Shown: piece after piece, positions 52,342 through 61,249 of the stretch
How positions within the stretch are numbered: the stretch's first letter is position 1
How the letters are laid out: each line of letters opens with the position of its first letter
DNA from: Actinomycetes bacterium
Lineage (GTDB): Bacteria > Actinomycetota > Acidimicrobiia > Acidimicrobiales > RAAP-2
Assembly (NCBI GenBank): GCA_021791845.1
Contig: JAJYVT010000009.1
Location: forward strand, 2,176 to 66,175
Length of the DNA stretch: 64,000 bases
Direction of reading: 5' to 3'
Position numbers and translations under genes: made by a program
Notes under the pieces: model-generated
What the model was told of the DNA's origin: nothing
Seen by the model: only the letters and a program-made list of their open reading frames with translations
Databases searched by the model: none

Positions 52342-53898
52342 CTACGTCGGAGCACCCGGTCGCGCCGGTCCGGCGGCGGACCGCCCCGTGCCGCGGTGCG
52401 CGTCGCGAGCGGCGGCGCGGCGCCGCAGGCGCACGGGCACGTGCACGTAGAGGTCCTCCCGGTCGGGGGCTTCCTCCCGGTGGCCCGGCGGCTCCGGCAG
52501 CTCGTACGCCACCGGCCGAGCGTGGTCGGCGAGCTGGCGGTTCGGGTTGTAGACACGGCTGAAGTTCCAGATCATCTTGAGGAAGTTCGTCTGCCCGTGC
52601 GCGAGGTGGCGACCCACGATCCCCGCCGTCTGCGCCAGGGCCGAGACGCCGAGGTGCTTCTTGGCGAGGATCGCCTGGGTCCGGACGAGCTCCTCGTAGA
52701 AGCGGTGCAGCGGCAACGTGGTGGGGAGCACCGCGTGCTGGATGTCGAAGAGCCGGTAGTCCCGGGTGGTGAGCTTGCGCGACTCGCTGTGCCAGGTCTC
52801 GGTGCCGGGGTAGGGGGTCTGCACCGTGAGGTGCACGATCTCGGGCACCTCGGTCGCCCACTGCCGGACGGTGGCGAATTGCCGCTCGTCCCACGCCGGG
52901 TCCACGATCAGGTTGACGGCCACCGACAGGCCGAGCTGGCGGGCCAGCTCGAGGGCACGCATGTTGACGTCGGTGGTGCTGCGCTTGCGGAAGGCCTTCA
53001 GCCCCTCTTCGTCGATCGACTCGATGCCGAGGAACATGTAGTTGAGCCCGAGCCGCTTCCAGTACCGGAACACCTCGGGCTGTCGCACGAGGACGTCGCA
53101 CCGGGTCTCGAGGTAGTACTCCTCTTTGATACGCCGTCGCTCGATCTCGCGCCCGATGGCCATCCCGTGCTCGGGCTTGATGAAGGCGACGTCGTCGACG
53201 AGGAAGACCCCGGGCTCGCGTACCCGGGCCAGGTCATCCACGGCCGCCTCCGGCGACACCTGGCGATAGCTCCGGCCGTAGAACGTCCATGCGCTGCAGA
53301 ACGAGCAGTCCCACGGGCACCCCCGGCTGAACTCGATCGACGCGCAGGGGTCCAGCACCCCGATGAAGTACTTCCGGCGCCGGCCGCCGATGTGGCGCGC
53401 CGGGAGGTGGTCGTCGAGGCTGTGCACGGTCTCGGGGGACGGACCCGTGACGCCCGGGCCCACGGCCCCGGGCACCGACTCGAGCCCGCCGTCCCGAAGC
53501 GCCTCGACGAGCAACGGCGCGCCGGCCTCGCCCTCGCCGCGCAGCACGGCGTCGATGGCGCCGCCGGCGTGCTCGAGGACCCGCTCGGCCACGAACGACA
53601 CACTGTGGCCGCCGACGAACACGGCGCACCCGGGGGCCACCGCCTTGGTCGCCTTGGCCAGGTCGACGACCTCGGGCACGTTCGCCAGGTAATTCAGGCT
53701 CATCCCCACCGCGTCGGGCTGGAAGTCACGGAGCAGGGCGAAGTAGTCGTCGTGGTCGTACACCTGCAGGTCCACCATGCGGACGTCGTGGCCCGCGCCG
53801 AGGAGCGCGCTGGCCACGCGCTCGAGCCCCAGCGGCTCCAGGCGCAGGTAGAGCTCCGAGTACATCAAGGCACTCGGGTGGACGAGCACGATCCGCAT
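52342..53898 (-). CDS. Cobalamin-binding-domain (class B) radical SAM enzyme
   Basis: N-terminal B12-binding Rossmann-like domain (MRIVLVHPS...DAVGMSLNYL...VFVGGHSVSF), then radical SAM cluster motif FSRGCPWDCSFCSAW. About 518 aa. Confidence 0.88.
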   Translation of the reverse strand: MRIVLVHPSALMYSELYLRLEPLGLERVASALLGAGHDVRMVDLQVYDHDDYFALLRDFQPDAVGMSLNYLANVPEVVDLAKATKAVAPGCAVFVGGHSVSFVAERVLEHAGGAIDAVLRGEGEAGAPLLVEALRDGGLESVPGAVGPGVTGPSPETVHSLDDHLPARHIGGRRRKYFIGVLDPCASIEFSRGCPWDCSFCSAWTFYGRSYRQVSPEAAVDDLARVREPGVFLVDDVAFIKPEHGMAIGREIERRRIKEEYYLETRCDVLVRQPEVFRYWKRLGLNYMFLGIESIDEEGLKAFRKRSTTDVNMRALELARQLGLSVAVNLIVDPAWDERQFATVRQWATEVPEIVHLTVQTPYPGTETWHSESRKLTTRDYRLFDIQHAVLPTTLPLHRFYEELVRTQAILAKKHLGVSALAQTAGIVGRHLAHGQTNFLKMIWNFSRVYNPNRQLADHARPVAYELPEPPGHREEAPDREDLYVHVPVRLRRRAAARDAHRGTGRSAAGPARPGAPT

Positions 53899-54136
53899 GG
53901 CTGCCTCCCATCGGTATGGACGCCGAGCCCACTGCCCCGTCGCCCGGGAGGTGGGCGTCGCAGTGCCATTGCCCCGTCCGCCTCCCCTCGTAACGGGCGG
54001 GCGGGGAGGCGGGCGGCTCGAGGTGATGCCCCGGAGAATCCGAGGCTAGTCCCGGCGGGACGGGTACCGGCCCTTTGATGCGATCCGAGACCGGGCTCCC
54101 GTGAGCGGCCCGATGCCGGTTCTCCCGATGTTCTGA

Positions 54137-54158
54137 TACAATACGTCTCGTATCGTTA
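54137..54158 (+). promoter_or_regulatory. Candidate promoter (-10 TACAAT, 54137-54142) overlapped by palindrome ATACG-tct-CGTAT (54141-54153); likely TetR operator for the MFS-tetR operon
   Basis: The only AT-rich patch in the 342-bp divergent intergenic region, about 90 nt upstream of the MFS ATG. The TetR gene follows the MFS gene. Confidence 0.45.
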
Positions 54159-54240
54159 CCTCCGGTCCCCGAGACCCGGCCCGCTCCGCCCCCGACCATC
54201 TACCCGGCACCCGCGACGGTCAGCCAGGAAGGCGCACGAC

Positions 54241-55947
54241 ATGCCCGGCTTGCATCGCAAATGGTGGACGTTGATCGCCGTCTGCACCGCCATCTTCATG
54301 CTGCTGCTCGACATCACCATCGTGAACGTGGCGCTGCCCAGCATCCAGCACTCCCTCCACGCAAGCTTCAGCGACCTCCAGTGGGTGGTGGACGCCTACG
54401 CCCTCACCCTCGCCGCCTTCATGCTGACGGCAGGCGTGCTCGGCGACATGTTCGGCCGGCGGGGAACCTTCGCCATCGGCCTCGGCATCTTCTCGGCCTC
54501 CTCGTTCGTCTGTGGGGTGTCGGTCGACTCCCTCATGCTGAACCTGGCCCGCGCCGCGCAGGGCGTCGGTGGCGCCGTCATGTTCGCCACCTCGCTGGCC
54601 CTGATCGCCGAGGCCTTCCACGGCCGGGAGCGGGGCACGGCCTTCGGGATCTACGGCGCGGTGGTCGGCGGCGCCGTCGCCATCGGCCCGCTCCTGGGAG
54701 GGGCGATCACGAGCGCCGTCGGATGGCGCTGGATCTTCTTCGTGAACGTGCCCATCGGCGCCGTCGCCATCCTCCTCACGCTGACCCGCGTGCAGGAGTC
54801 CAGGGACCCAACCGGCCGGCACGTCGACTGGCTCGGGTTCCTCACCTTCTCGGGATCGCTGTTCCTGCTCGTCCTCGCACTGGTGCGCGCCGACACAGAC
54901 GGGTGGGGCAGCCCCCTCATCGTGAGCCTGTTCGCCGGCGCCGCGGCGCTGATGGCCGCCTTCGTGATCGGCGAGCTGCGCCAGCGACAGCCGATGCTGG
55001 ACCTTTCGCTGTTCCGTCGCCCGGCCATGGTCGGCGTGTCGTTCACCGCCTTCACCGTCGCAGCGTCGATCTTCGCCATGTTCCTGTACTTGACGCTGTT
55101 CCTCCAGGACGACCTGGGCTACAGCCCGTTGGGCGCGGGGGTGCGCTTCCTGCCGATCTCCATGCTCTCCTTCTTTGTCGCTCCGGTGGCGGGGAAGCTC
55201 ACGCAGCGCGTCCACGCCCGCGTCATGCTCGGCACCGGCCTGCTGCTCGTTGCCGTCGGGTGCCTGCTCATGGGGTTCCTCTCCCCCACGTCGGGTTGGA
55301 CGGCACTGCTGCCCGGGTTCATCGTCGCCGGCGTGGGGATCGGGATGGCCAACCCGGTGCTGGCCTCCTCGGCGGTGGCCGTCGTGCGTCCCGAGCGGAG
55401 CGGCATGGCCTCGGGGGCGAACAACACGTTTCGCCAGGTTGGCATCGCCACCGGGATCGCCGCCCTGGGGACGATCTTCGAGACGCAAGTGCGCAGCAAG
55501 GTGACCTCCTCGCTGCTCTCCACGCCGGCAGGGCGGGCCGCGGCCACCCAGCACGGCAAGGCGCTGGCGACAGCCCTCGTCTCCGGCGAGGTGCGCACAC
55601 GGATCGCCCACTGGCCGGCCGCCCAGGGCCACGCCGTGCTCGACGCCTACCGCGGAGCCTTCGCCACCAGCATGGACCACCTCTTCTTCGTGGCGGCCGG
55701 CGTCGCCTTCGTGGGCTCGGTGCTCTCCTACCTGCTGGTGCGTCAGCGTGACTTTGTCGCCTTTCAGGCGCCCCACGGTGGAGGCGGCGCCCCGGGTGGT
55801 GCCGGCGGACCCGCCGGAGGCGGGGGGCCGGGCGGAGGCGGCGGGAGCGGGCCGGCCGGCGGCCGGGACGGATCGGACGGCTCGGGAGCCGCCCCGGCGC
55901 CCGTCCCGGCAGGCACCGGGCCCGGTCGTGTGCCGGCACGGGCTTGA
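54241..55947 (+). CDS. MFS drug efflux transporter, DHA2 (EmrB/QacA) family, with Gly-rich C-terminal tail
   Basis: WWTLIAVCTAIFMLLLDITIVNVALPSI, LGDMFGRR, 14 TM helices. Tail GGGGAPGGAGGPAGGGGPGGGGGSGPAGG. Confidence 0.9.
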   Translation: MPGLHRKWWTLIAVCTAIFMLLLDITIVNVALPSIQHSLHASFSDLQWVVDAYALTLAAFMLTAGVLGDMFGRRGTFAIGLGIFSASSFVCGVSVDSLMLNLARAAQGVGGAVMFATSLALIAEAFHGRERGTAFGIYGAVVGGAVAIGPLLGGAITSAVGWRWIFFVNVPIGAVAILLTLTRVQESRDPTGRHVDWLGFLTFSGSLFLLVLALVRADTDGWGSPLIVSLFAGAAALMAAFVIGELRQRQPMLDLSLFRRPAMVGVSFTAFTVAASIFAMFLYLTLFLQDDLGYSPLGAGVRFLPISMLSFFVAPVAGKLTQRVHARVMLGTGLLLVAVGCLLMGFLSPTSGWTALLPGFIVAGVGIGMANPVLASSAVAVVRPERSGMASGANNTFRQVGIATGIAALGTIFETQVRSKVTSSLLSTPAGRAAATQHGKALATALVSGEVRTRIAHWPAAQGHAVLDAYRGAFATSMDHLFFVAAGVAFVGSVLSYLLVRQRDFVAFQAPHGGGGAPGGAGGPAGGGGPGGGGGSGPAGGRDGSDGSGAAPAPVPAGTGPGRVPARA

Positions 55948-56702
55948 CCCCGGTCGACGAGCCAGCTGAGATGGCGGCAGGGAAGGTCGAGATGACGACC
56001 GAGCACGCCGCTGACGAGGTGGGCGCCCCCGGCGCTGCGAGCACCGGCGCCGGCGAGGTGGCCGCTACCTGCCGCGGCCGGCCGAGGGACGAGCGGGCAA
56101 CCGCAGCCATCGCCGCCGCTGCGCTGCGGCAACTGGACGAGCTCGGCTACAGCCGCATGTCGATGGAATCGGTGGCGGCCGAGGCCGGGGTGGGACGGGC
56201 CACCGTCTACCGCCGCTTCCACGACAAGGCCGACCTCGTGACGGCGGCGATCGCCAGCCGGCCGGAGCCGGAAGCCGGTGACGGCGGCACGCTGGAGGCG
56301 CTCGTCGCCTTCCTGGACCGGTTCGACGCCCGGCTGGCCGAGCACTGCCTCGAGGTGATCGGCTGCCTGCTGGCCGCCCGGGAGGAGCCCCAGGCGATGG
56401 CGCTCCACCGCGACCGGGTCGTCCAACCCCGCATGCAGGTGGTGCGGGCCCTCCTCGAGCGGGCCCGCGACGACGGCCTCCTGCGGGACGACGCCGATCT
56501 CGACCTCGTCCTCCAGATGCTCGCCGGCGCCGTGTTCGCCCGCCGCATTGCCGGAGTGCCGTACGAGCCGAGCTGGGCACGCCGCGCCGTCGCCGAGGCG
56601 TGCCGCGGGGCGGCGACGCCCGACGGCCTGGCACGACTGCGACCGCACGGAGCGGCCAAGGCCGCCGCGGGCCGGGTGCCCAAGCGGGCCCGCCGGGGCT
56701 GA
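55944..56702 (+). CDS. TetR family transcriptional regulator
   Basis: HTH GYSRMSMESVAAEAGVGRATVYRRFHDKADLV. The start is uncertain: the listed TTG at 55944 overlaps the MFS stop, and ATG alternatives lie at 55971 and 55992. Confidence 0.85.
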   Translation: MTPVDEPAEMAAGKVEMTTEHAADEVGAPGAASTGAGEVAATCRGRPRDERATAAIAAAALRQLDELGYSRMSMESVAAEAGVGRATVYRRFHDKADLVTAAIASRPEPEAGDGGTLEALVAFLDRFDARLAEHCLEVIGCLLAAREEPQAMALHRDRVVQPRMQVVRALLERARDDGLLRDDADLDLVLQMLAGAVFARRIAGVPYEPSWARRAVAEACRGAATPDGLARLRPHGAAKAAAGRVPKRARRG

Positions 56703-56716
56703 GGCGCTCCGCCCCG

Positions 56717-57538
56717 TCAGCCCGACGGGGGGTCGCCGCCGGTGAGCCGCCGGCCCGGCGGCCACCCGACCACCCAGGCGGCACGACGCTTCTCCAAGAA
56801 GGCGGCCATCCCCTCGGCCGCCGGCTCGGAGGCGAACAGCACATCGGAGAGCTCCTCGGCCGCAGCGAGCGCCTCGCCCCATGGGCGGTCGACGAGGTCG
56901 GCCAGGCCCTTGGTCGCAGCCACCGCCCCTGGCTCGGCCGCGAGGAGCGACGAGACCGCCTCGTCCACCCAGGCGTCCAGCGCGTGCCCGTCGGGGACCG
57001 CCGTGGTCAGGAGCCCCGCGGCCACGGCCTCCCCCGCCGAGAAGACGTCGCCGGTGAGCGCGTAGCGGTCGAACGCGCGCCGGCCCATCCGCCGCAAGGC
57101 CGGGACGGCGATCAGCGCCGGGGCCACGCCCACCCGGACCTCCGTGAACGCGAACGTGGCCGCATCGGCGGCCACCGCGAGGTCGCAGGCGGCGACCAGG
57201 CCCATCCCCCCGGCGCGCACGTGGCCGTTGACCCGGGCGATGACCGGCTGGGGCATCGACACGATCGTGGTGAGCACCTCGGCCAGCGTCGCGGGCGGTT
57301 CCCCGGGTGGCGGATGCAGCCGCTCGTTCAGGTCGACCCCCGAGCAGAACACCCGTCCGGCCCCGGTGAGCACCACCGCCCGCACATCGGGATCGGCCTG
57401 CGCCCCGGCAAGTGCGGCGTGGAGCTCGGCCAGGAGCTGCCTCGACAGGGCGTTGCGGTTCTCCGGCGAGTCCAGCGTGACCGTGAGGACAGGGCCGATG
57501 CGATCGGAGTGCACGAGCATGGCGGCACCGGCGGCCAT
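56717..57538 (-). CDS. Enoyl-CoA hydratase/isomerase (crotonase) family protein
   Basis: LTVTLDSPENRNALS...VVLTGAGRVFCSGVDL oxyanion-hole motif. Start is at 57538 or 57520. Confidence 0.85.
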   Translation of the reverse strand: MAAGAAMLVHSDRIGPVLTVTLDSPENRNALSRQLLAELHAALAGAQADPDVRAVVLTGAGRVFCSGVDLNERLHPPPGEPPATLAEVLTTIVSMPQPVIARVNGHVRAGGMGLVAACDLAVAADAATFAFTEVRVGVAPALIAVPALRRMGRRAFDRYALTGDVFSAGEAVAAGLLTTAVPDGHALDAWVDEAVSSLLAAEPGAVAATKGLADLVDRPWGEALAAAEELSDVLFASEPAAEGMAAFLEKRRAAWVVGWPPGRRLTGGDPPSG

Positions 57539-57632
57539 GGGCTGGAGTGTAGGAGGCACCGGCCGGCCCCTCACGCCCGGTGCGCCGGGCGACATCGCGG
57601 CCCGGCGCGGCGTGGCGGCGCCGCCGCCGGCC

Positions 57633-58025
57633 TCACAACGGCAGGCGGGGGGCGTCGGCGAGCGACGGTCCGGCGGGCCCCTTGGCGCCTCGTCGACCCC
57701 TGCCCGGCGTGGCCGGGAAGATCTGCTCGGGGCGGAAGGACCGCACCGCATGGTTGCCGGACCTGCCGCCCACCACCTCGACCCACTCCTCGCCCGTACG
57801 GGCGTTGCGCACGTGTGCGACGAACGCCCAGCTGGCCGACCGCTGGCGCACGCCGTCGACCTGGACCTCCTCCCCGGCGTGCACGCCGGCCCAGGACGTC
57901 GAGCGCACCAGGTGGGGCGGGCCGGGCGCCGGTTGGCGGCCGGCACGGCGGGCCTGAGGGCGCGCCGGCCGCGCCGCGGGGCCGCGGGCGCCCCCCTCGG
58001 GCTCGTGCGGAGCGGCGCGGGACAT
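57633..58025 (-). CDS. Conserved hypothetical small protein
   Basis: Very high G/C at third positions. Core WAGVHAGEEVQVDGVRQRSASWAFVAHVRNARTGEEWVEVVGGRSGNHAVRSFRPEQIF has a beta-rich look. No motif assigned. Confidence 0.55.
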   Translation of the reverse strand: MSRAAPHEPEGGARGPAARPARPQARRAGRQPAPGPPHLVRSTSWAGVHAGEEVQVDGVRQRSASWAFVAHVRNARTGEEWVEVVGGRSGNHAVRSFRPEQIFPATPGRGRRGAKGPAGPSLADAPRLPL

Positions 58026-58125
58026 CGACGCGATGATGGCATCGGACCACCGTCCCTCCGGCGATGCCCGACCGGCAGCCCGGCGTCAGCGGGAGGGGCA
58101 CAGCCTCGTCGTAGTGTTCACGACG

Positions 58126-58962
58126 ATGTCGCCCACGTTGCCCCGGTCGCTCTCGCCCAGCCGGGTCACCTCGTTCACCGACTGCCCCCTGGCGTTCCGG
58201 TTCCGGGCCATCGACCGGATCCCCGAGGCGCCATCGCCGCACGCCACCAAGGGGACGCTCGTCCACCGCGTGCTCGAGCGGCTCGTCTGGGAGCACGCCG
58301 CCGGTGACCGGACGCCGGCAGTGGCCGCGGCCGAGCTCGACCGGGCCTGGGCCGACCTCGTCGACGACCCCCGGTTCGGCTCGCTCGAGCTCGACGAGGG
58401 GGCCCGGGCCGCCTTCCGGGCCGACGCCGCGCAGCTCGTCGAGAACTACTTCGCCCTGGAGGATCCCGACGCCGTCGAGGCGGTGGGCGTCGAGGTGTCG
58501 CTGGAGGCCGACCTCGGCGGCCTCCGGCTGCGCGGCATCATCGACCGGCTCGACCGCATGGAGGACGGCACCCTGGTGGTCGTCGACTACAAGACCGGCC
58601 GTGCCCCCTCCCCCCGCTTCGAGCGGGTCAAGCTCACCGGGGTCCACCTGTACGCGCTCCTGTGCGAGCTGGCGCTGGGTGCCGTCCCGGTCGAGGTGCG
58701 CCTGCTCCACCTGCGTGAGCCCGTCGTGATCACCGCCTACCCGAGCCCCCAGACCCTGCGCGGCCAGCGGCAACGCACGATGGCCGTCTGGCACGCCATC
58801 GAGCGGGCCTGCGAGCACGCCGACTTCCAGCCCCGCCCGTCGGGGCTGTGCGCCTACTGCAGCTACCAGCCGCTGTGCCCGGCGTTCGGCGGCACCCCGC
58901 CGGACCTGGTCCCGCCGGACCTGGTCCCCCCGGAGCTGGTCCCCCCGGCATCGGTCTCGTGA
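58126..58962 (+). CDS. PD-(D/E)XK nuclease, RecB/Cas4-like, with 4-Cys cluster and C-terminal PPDLV repeats
   Basis: LSPSRVTSFTDCPLAFRF, nuclease core GIIDRLD...VVVDYKTG, C-terminal CAYCSYQPLCP. The tail is PPDLVPPDLVPPELVPP. Confidence 0.8.
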   Translation: MSPTLPRSLSPSRVTSFTDCPLAFRFRAIDRIPEAPSPHATKGTLVHRVLERLVWEHAAGDRTPAVAAAELDRAWADLVDDPRFGSLELDEGARAAFRADAAQLVENYFALEDPDAVEAVGVEVSLEADLGGLRLRGIIDRLDRMEDGTLVVVDYKTGRAPSPRFERVKLTGVHLYALLCELALGAVPVEVRLLHLREPVVITAYPSPQTLRGQRQRTMAVWHAIERACEHADFQPRPSGLCAYCSYQPLCPAFGGTPPDLVPPDLVPPELVPPASVS

Positions 58963-59555
58963 GCGTCGACGCACCACGCCGGCCGCTCGCCTCGAGAGGA
59001 CCGGCCGTCGCGCAGCTCCTGGAGTCGCTCGATGACGCCGGCGAAGCCACGCTCGGCAGGCTGCGCGGGCGGCCGTGGGCCGACACGGCCGCCGCCGCCG
59101 TCTCGAACCTCGCCGACTACGGGTACGTCTGGGTCGGGCTGGCGCTGTGGAAGGCGCGGCGTCCTGGCCCGTCCCGGCGCCGGGCGGTGCTCGCGCTGGC
59201 TGGCGCCGGCGTCACGTCCTACGGCGTCAACAAGGCGGTCAAACGCCTCGTGGGGCGGCAGCGGCCGCACGACGTCACCGCCACCGGGCGCGGCGGCCCT
59301 TTGGCCGTCCGTCGGCCGACGAGCAGCAGCTTCCCGAGCGGCCACACGCTCGCCGCCTTCTGCACCGCCGTGGTCCTCACCGACGGGCCGGCCCAGACGG
59401 CCGGGGCCCTCGGCTTTGCCGCCGTGGTCGCCGCCAGCCGGGTGCACCTCCGGGCGCACCATGCGAGCGACGTCGTCGGCGGCGCCCTGATCGGGACTGC
59501 GGCCGGCCTGGCGGTGCGCCGCTTCGTCCTCGACCGCTGCGACGCCCAGGAATAG
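58959..59555 (+). CDS. PAP2 superfamily phosphatase (membrane)
   Basis: GTG overlaps the nuclease stop (GTGA). PAP2 motifs KRLVGRQRP, PSGHT, SRVHLRAHHASDV. Confidence 0.8.
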   Translation: MSVDAPRRPLASRGPAVAQLLESLDDAGEATLGRLRGRPWADTAAAAVSNLADYGYVWVGLALWKARRPGPSRRRAVLALAGAGVTSYGVNKAVKRLVGRQRPHDVTATGRGGPLAVRRPTSSSFPSGHTLAAFCTAVVLTDGPAQTAGALGFAAVVAASRVHLRAHHASDVVGGALIGTAAGLAVRRFVLDRCDAQE

Positions 59556-59584
59556 CGCCGGCCCACCCGGCGTTGGCCCCCGGC

Positions 59585-60190
59585 ATGGACACCCCGCCCT
59601 TTGCCGTCACCTGGGACTACCTCTGCCCGTTCGCCCGCAACGTGCATGAGCACCTGGTCACCGCGCTCGAGGCCGGTGCGCCGTGGGACGTGACCTTCAC
59701 CCCCTTCTGCTTGATGCAGGCGCACGTGGAGGAGGGTGAGCCGCCGGTGTGGGACCGGGAGGAGAAGGCCCGGGGTGTCCTGGCGCTCGAGGCGGGCATC
59801 GTGGTGCGCGACCGCTTCCCCGACCGGTTCCTGGCCGCCCACCGGGCGCTCTTCTCCGCTCGCCACGACGAGGGCAAGGAGCTGGCCGATCCTGCCGTCG
59901 TGCGGGAAGTGCTCGAGCGCGTCGGCGTCCCGGCCGAGGAGGTGTTCGGCCACATCGAGCAGGGGTGGCCGCTCGACACGCTCCGTGCCGCCCACGAGAA
60001 GTCGGTGGCCGAGCACGACGTCTTCGGCGTCCCGACGTTCGTCCTCGGCGACTCGGCGGTGTTCGTCCGGCTCATGACACGGCCGCAGGGTGACGGGGCC
60101 CGGGCCCGGACCGTCATCGAGGGCGTGGTCGCGCTCGTGGCGGAGCGCCCGGAGCTCAACGAGTTCAAGCACACGTCCATCCCCCGCTGA
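59585..60190 (+). CDS. DsbA-like thioredoxin-fold protein (single-Cys CPF type, HCCA-isomerase-like)
   Basis: ATG at 59585. WDYLCPFARN near the N-terminus, later GVPTFVLGD. Confidence 0.7.
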   Translation: MDTPPFAVTWDYLCPFARNVHEHLVTALEAGAPWDVTFTPFCLMQAHVEEGEPPVWDREEKARGVLALEAGIVVRDRFPDRFLAAHRALFSARHDEGKELADPAVVREVLERVGVPAEEVFGHIEQGWPLDTLRAAHEKSVAEHDVFGVPTFVLGDSAVFVRLMTRPQGDGARARTVIEGVVALVAERPELNEFKHTSIPR

Positions 60191-60211
60191 GCTCCCGCCC
60201 GGGGGAGCGGG

Positions 60212-61123
60212 TCAGCCGGACCGGGCGAGCTCCGCCAGCACAGCCCTCGTGCGGACCCGCTCCTCGTCGCCCCCGACGACCGCGGCGGCGACGTCGGTGG
60301 CGCCGGCGTCGGCCAGCCGCCGGATGCCCTCGGCCACCGCCCCCTCGTCGCCGACCAGCGCCACGTCCGACGGCCCGGCGGCGCCTTCGCGGTCGAGCAT
60401 CGCCCGGTAGGAGGGCAGCGAGGGATAGATGGCGAAAACCTCGTCGATCCTCCGGCGAGCCGCTTCGGCGTCGGCGGTGACCGTGACCGGCACCATCACG
60501 ACCACCCGAGGGGTGCCGCGCCCGGCCTCGTGGGCCGCCGCGCCGATGGTGGGCACGATGTGCTCGGCCACCGTCTTCGTGCCGGTCATCCAGGTGACCG
60601 TGCCGTCCGCCACCCGGCCGGCGAGCCGCAGCATGGCCGGCGCCAGGGCGGCCACCAGCACCGGCGGGGCGGGGGCGTCGGGGATCTCGAGCGGGCCGGC
60701 GGACCGGGCGGTCACCACCTCGCCCTCGACCCGGGCGGGCTCGCCGTGCAGCATCGGCACCAGCGCCGCCAGGTACTCGCGCAGGTAGCGCGCCGGGCGG
60801 TCGAAGGAGAGGCCCCACATGCCCTCCACCACCACTTGGTGCGACAGGCCGACGCCGAGCGCCAATCGGCCGCCGGTGGCCGACTGCACGGTCAGGGCCT
60901 GCTGGGCCATGACCTGCGGAAGGCGGCTGTAGACGGGGACCACGGCCGTCCCGAGCTCGATGTCGGGGACCGACGTACCCACCACGGCCAGCAGGGTCAG
61001 GGCGTCGTAGCCGAAGATCTGGCTCGCCCACACCGAGGCGAACCCCTGCGCCCGGTACTCCCCCACCTCCTCGCGGACCTCGGCCACCGACTTGCCCAGG
61101 TCCAAGAGCACACCAACGCGCAT
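60212..61123 (-). CDS. LLM-class (luciferase-like) F420/flavin-dependent oxidoreductase
   Basis: MRVGVLLDLG...GFASVWASQIFGYDALTLLA...GRLALGVGLSHQ is a typical LLM TIM-barrel pattern. Start at 61123 is set by frame arithmetic. Confidence 0.85.
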   Translation of the reverse strand: MRVGVLLDLGKSVAEVREEVGEYRAQGFASVWASQIFGYDALTLLAVVGTSVPDIELGTAVVPVYSRLPQVMAQQALTVQSATGGRLALGVGLSHQVVVEGMWGLSFDRPARYLREYLAALVPMLHGEPARVEGEVVTARSAGPLEIPDAPAPPVLVAALAPAMLRLAGRVADGTVTWMTGTKTVAEHIVPTIGAAAHEAGRGTPRVVVMVPVTVTADAEAARRRIDEVFAIYPSLPSYRAMLDREGAAGPSDVALVGDEGAVAEGIRRLADAGATDVAAAVVGGDEERVRTRAVLAELARSG

Positions 61124-61249
61124 GAGCACCCTCCTCGTCCCGGCGTGCCGCGGTCTGCACCGCCGCGCCGCCTGCGCCGACACTACGGCGACGGACGGGT
61201 GGCAGCACCCCGGTATCGTTCCGGCGTGCCCGACGCCCGCACCCAGGTC

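Noticed and set aside
53899-54140. Cobalamin riboswitch upstream of the B12-dependent radical SAM gene
   Set aside because: A GGGAGAACCGG-like stretch is present on the minus strand, but I see no recognisable B12 box or the CCCGCCACTG-type core. This is not claimed without an Rfam scan.
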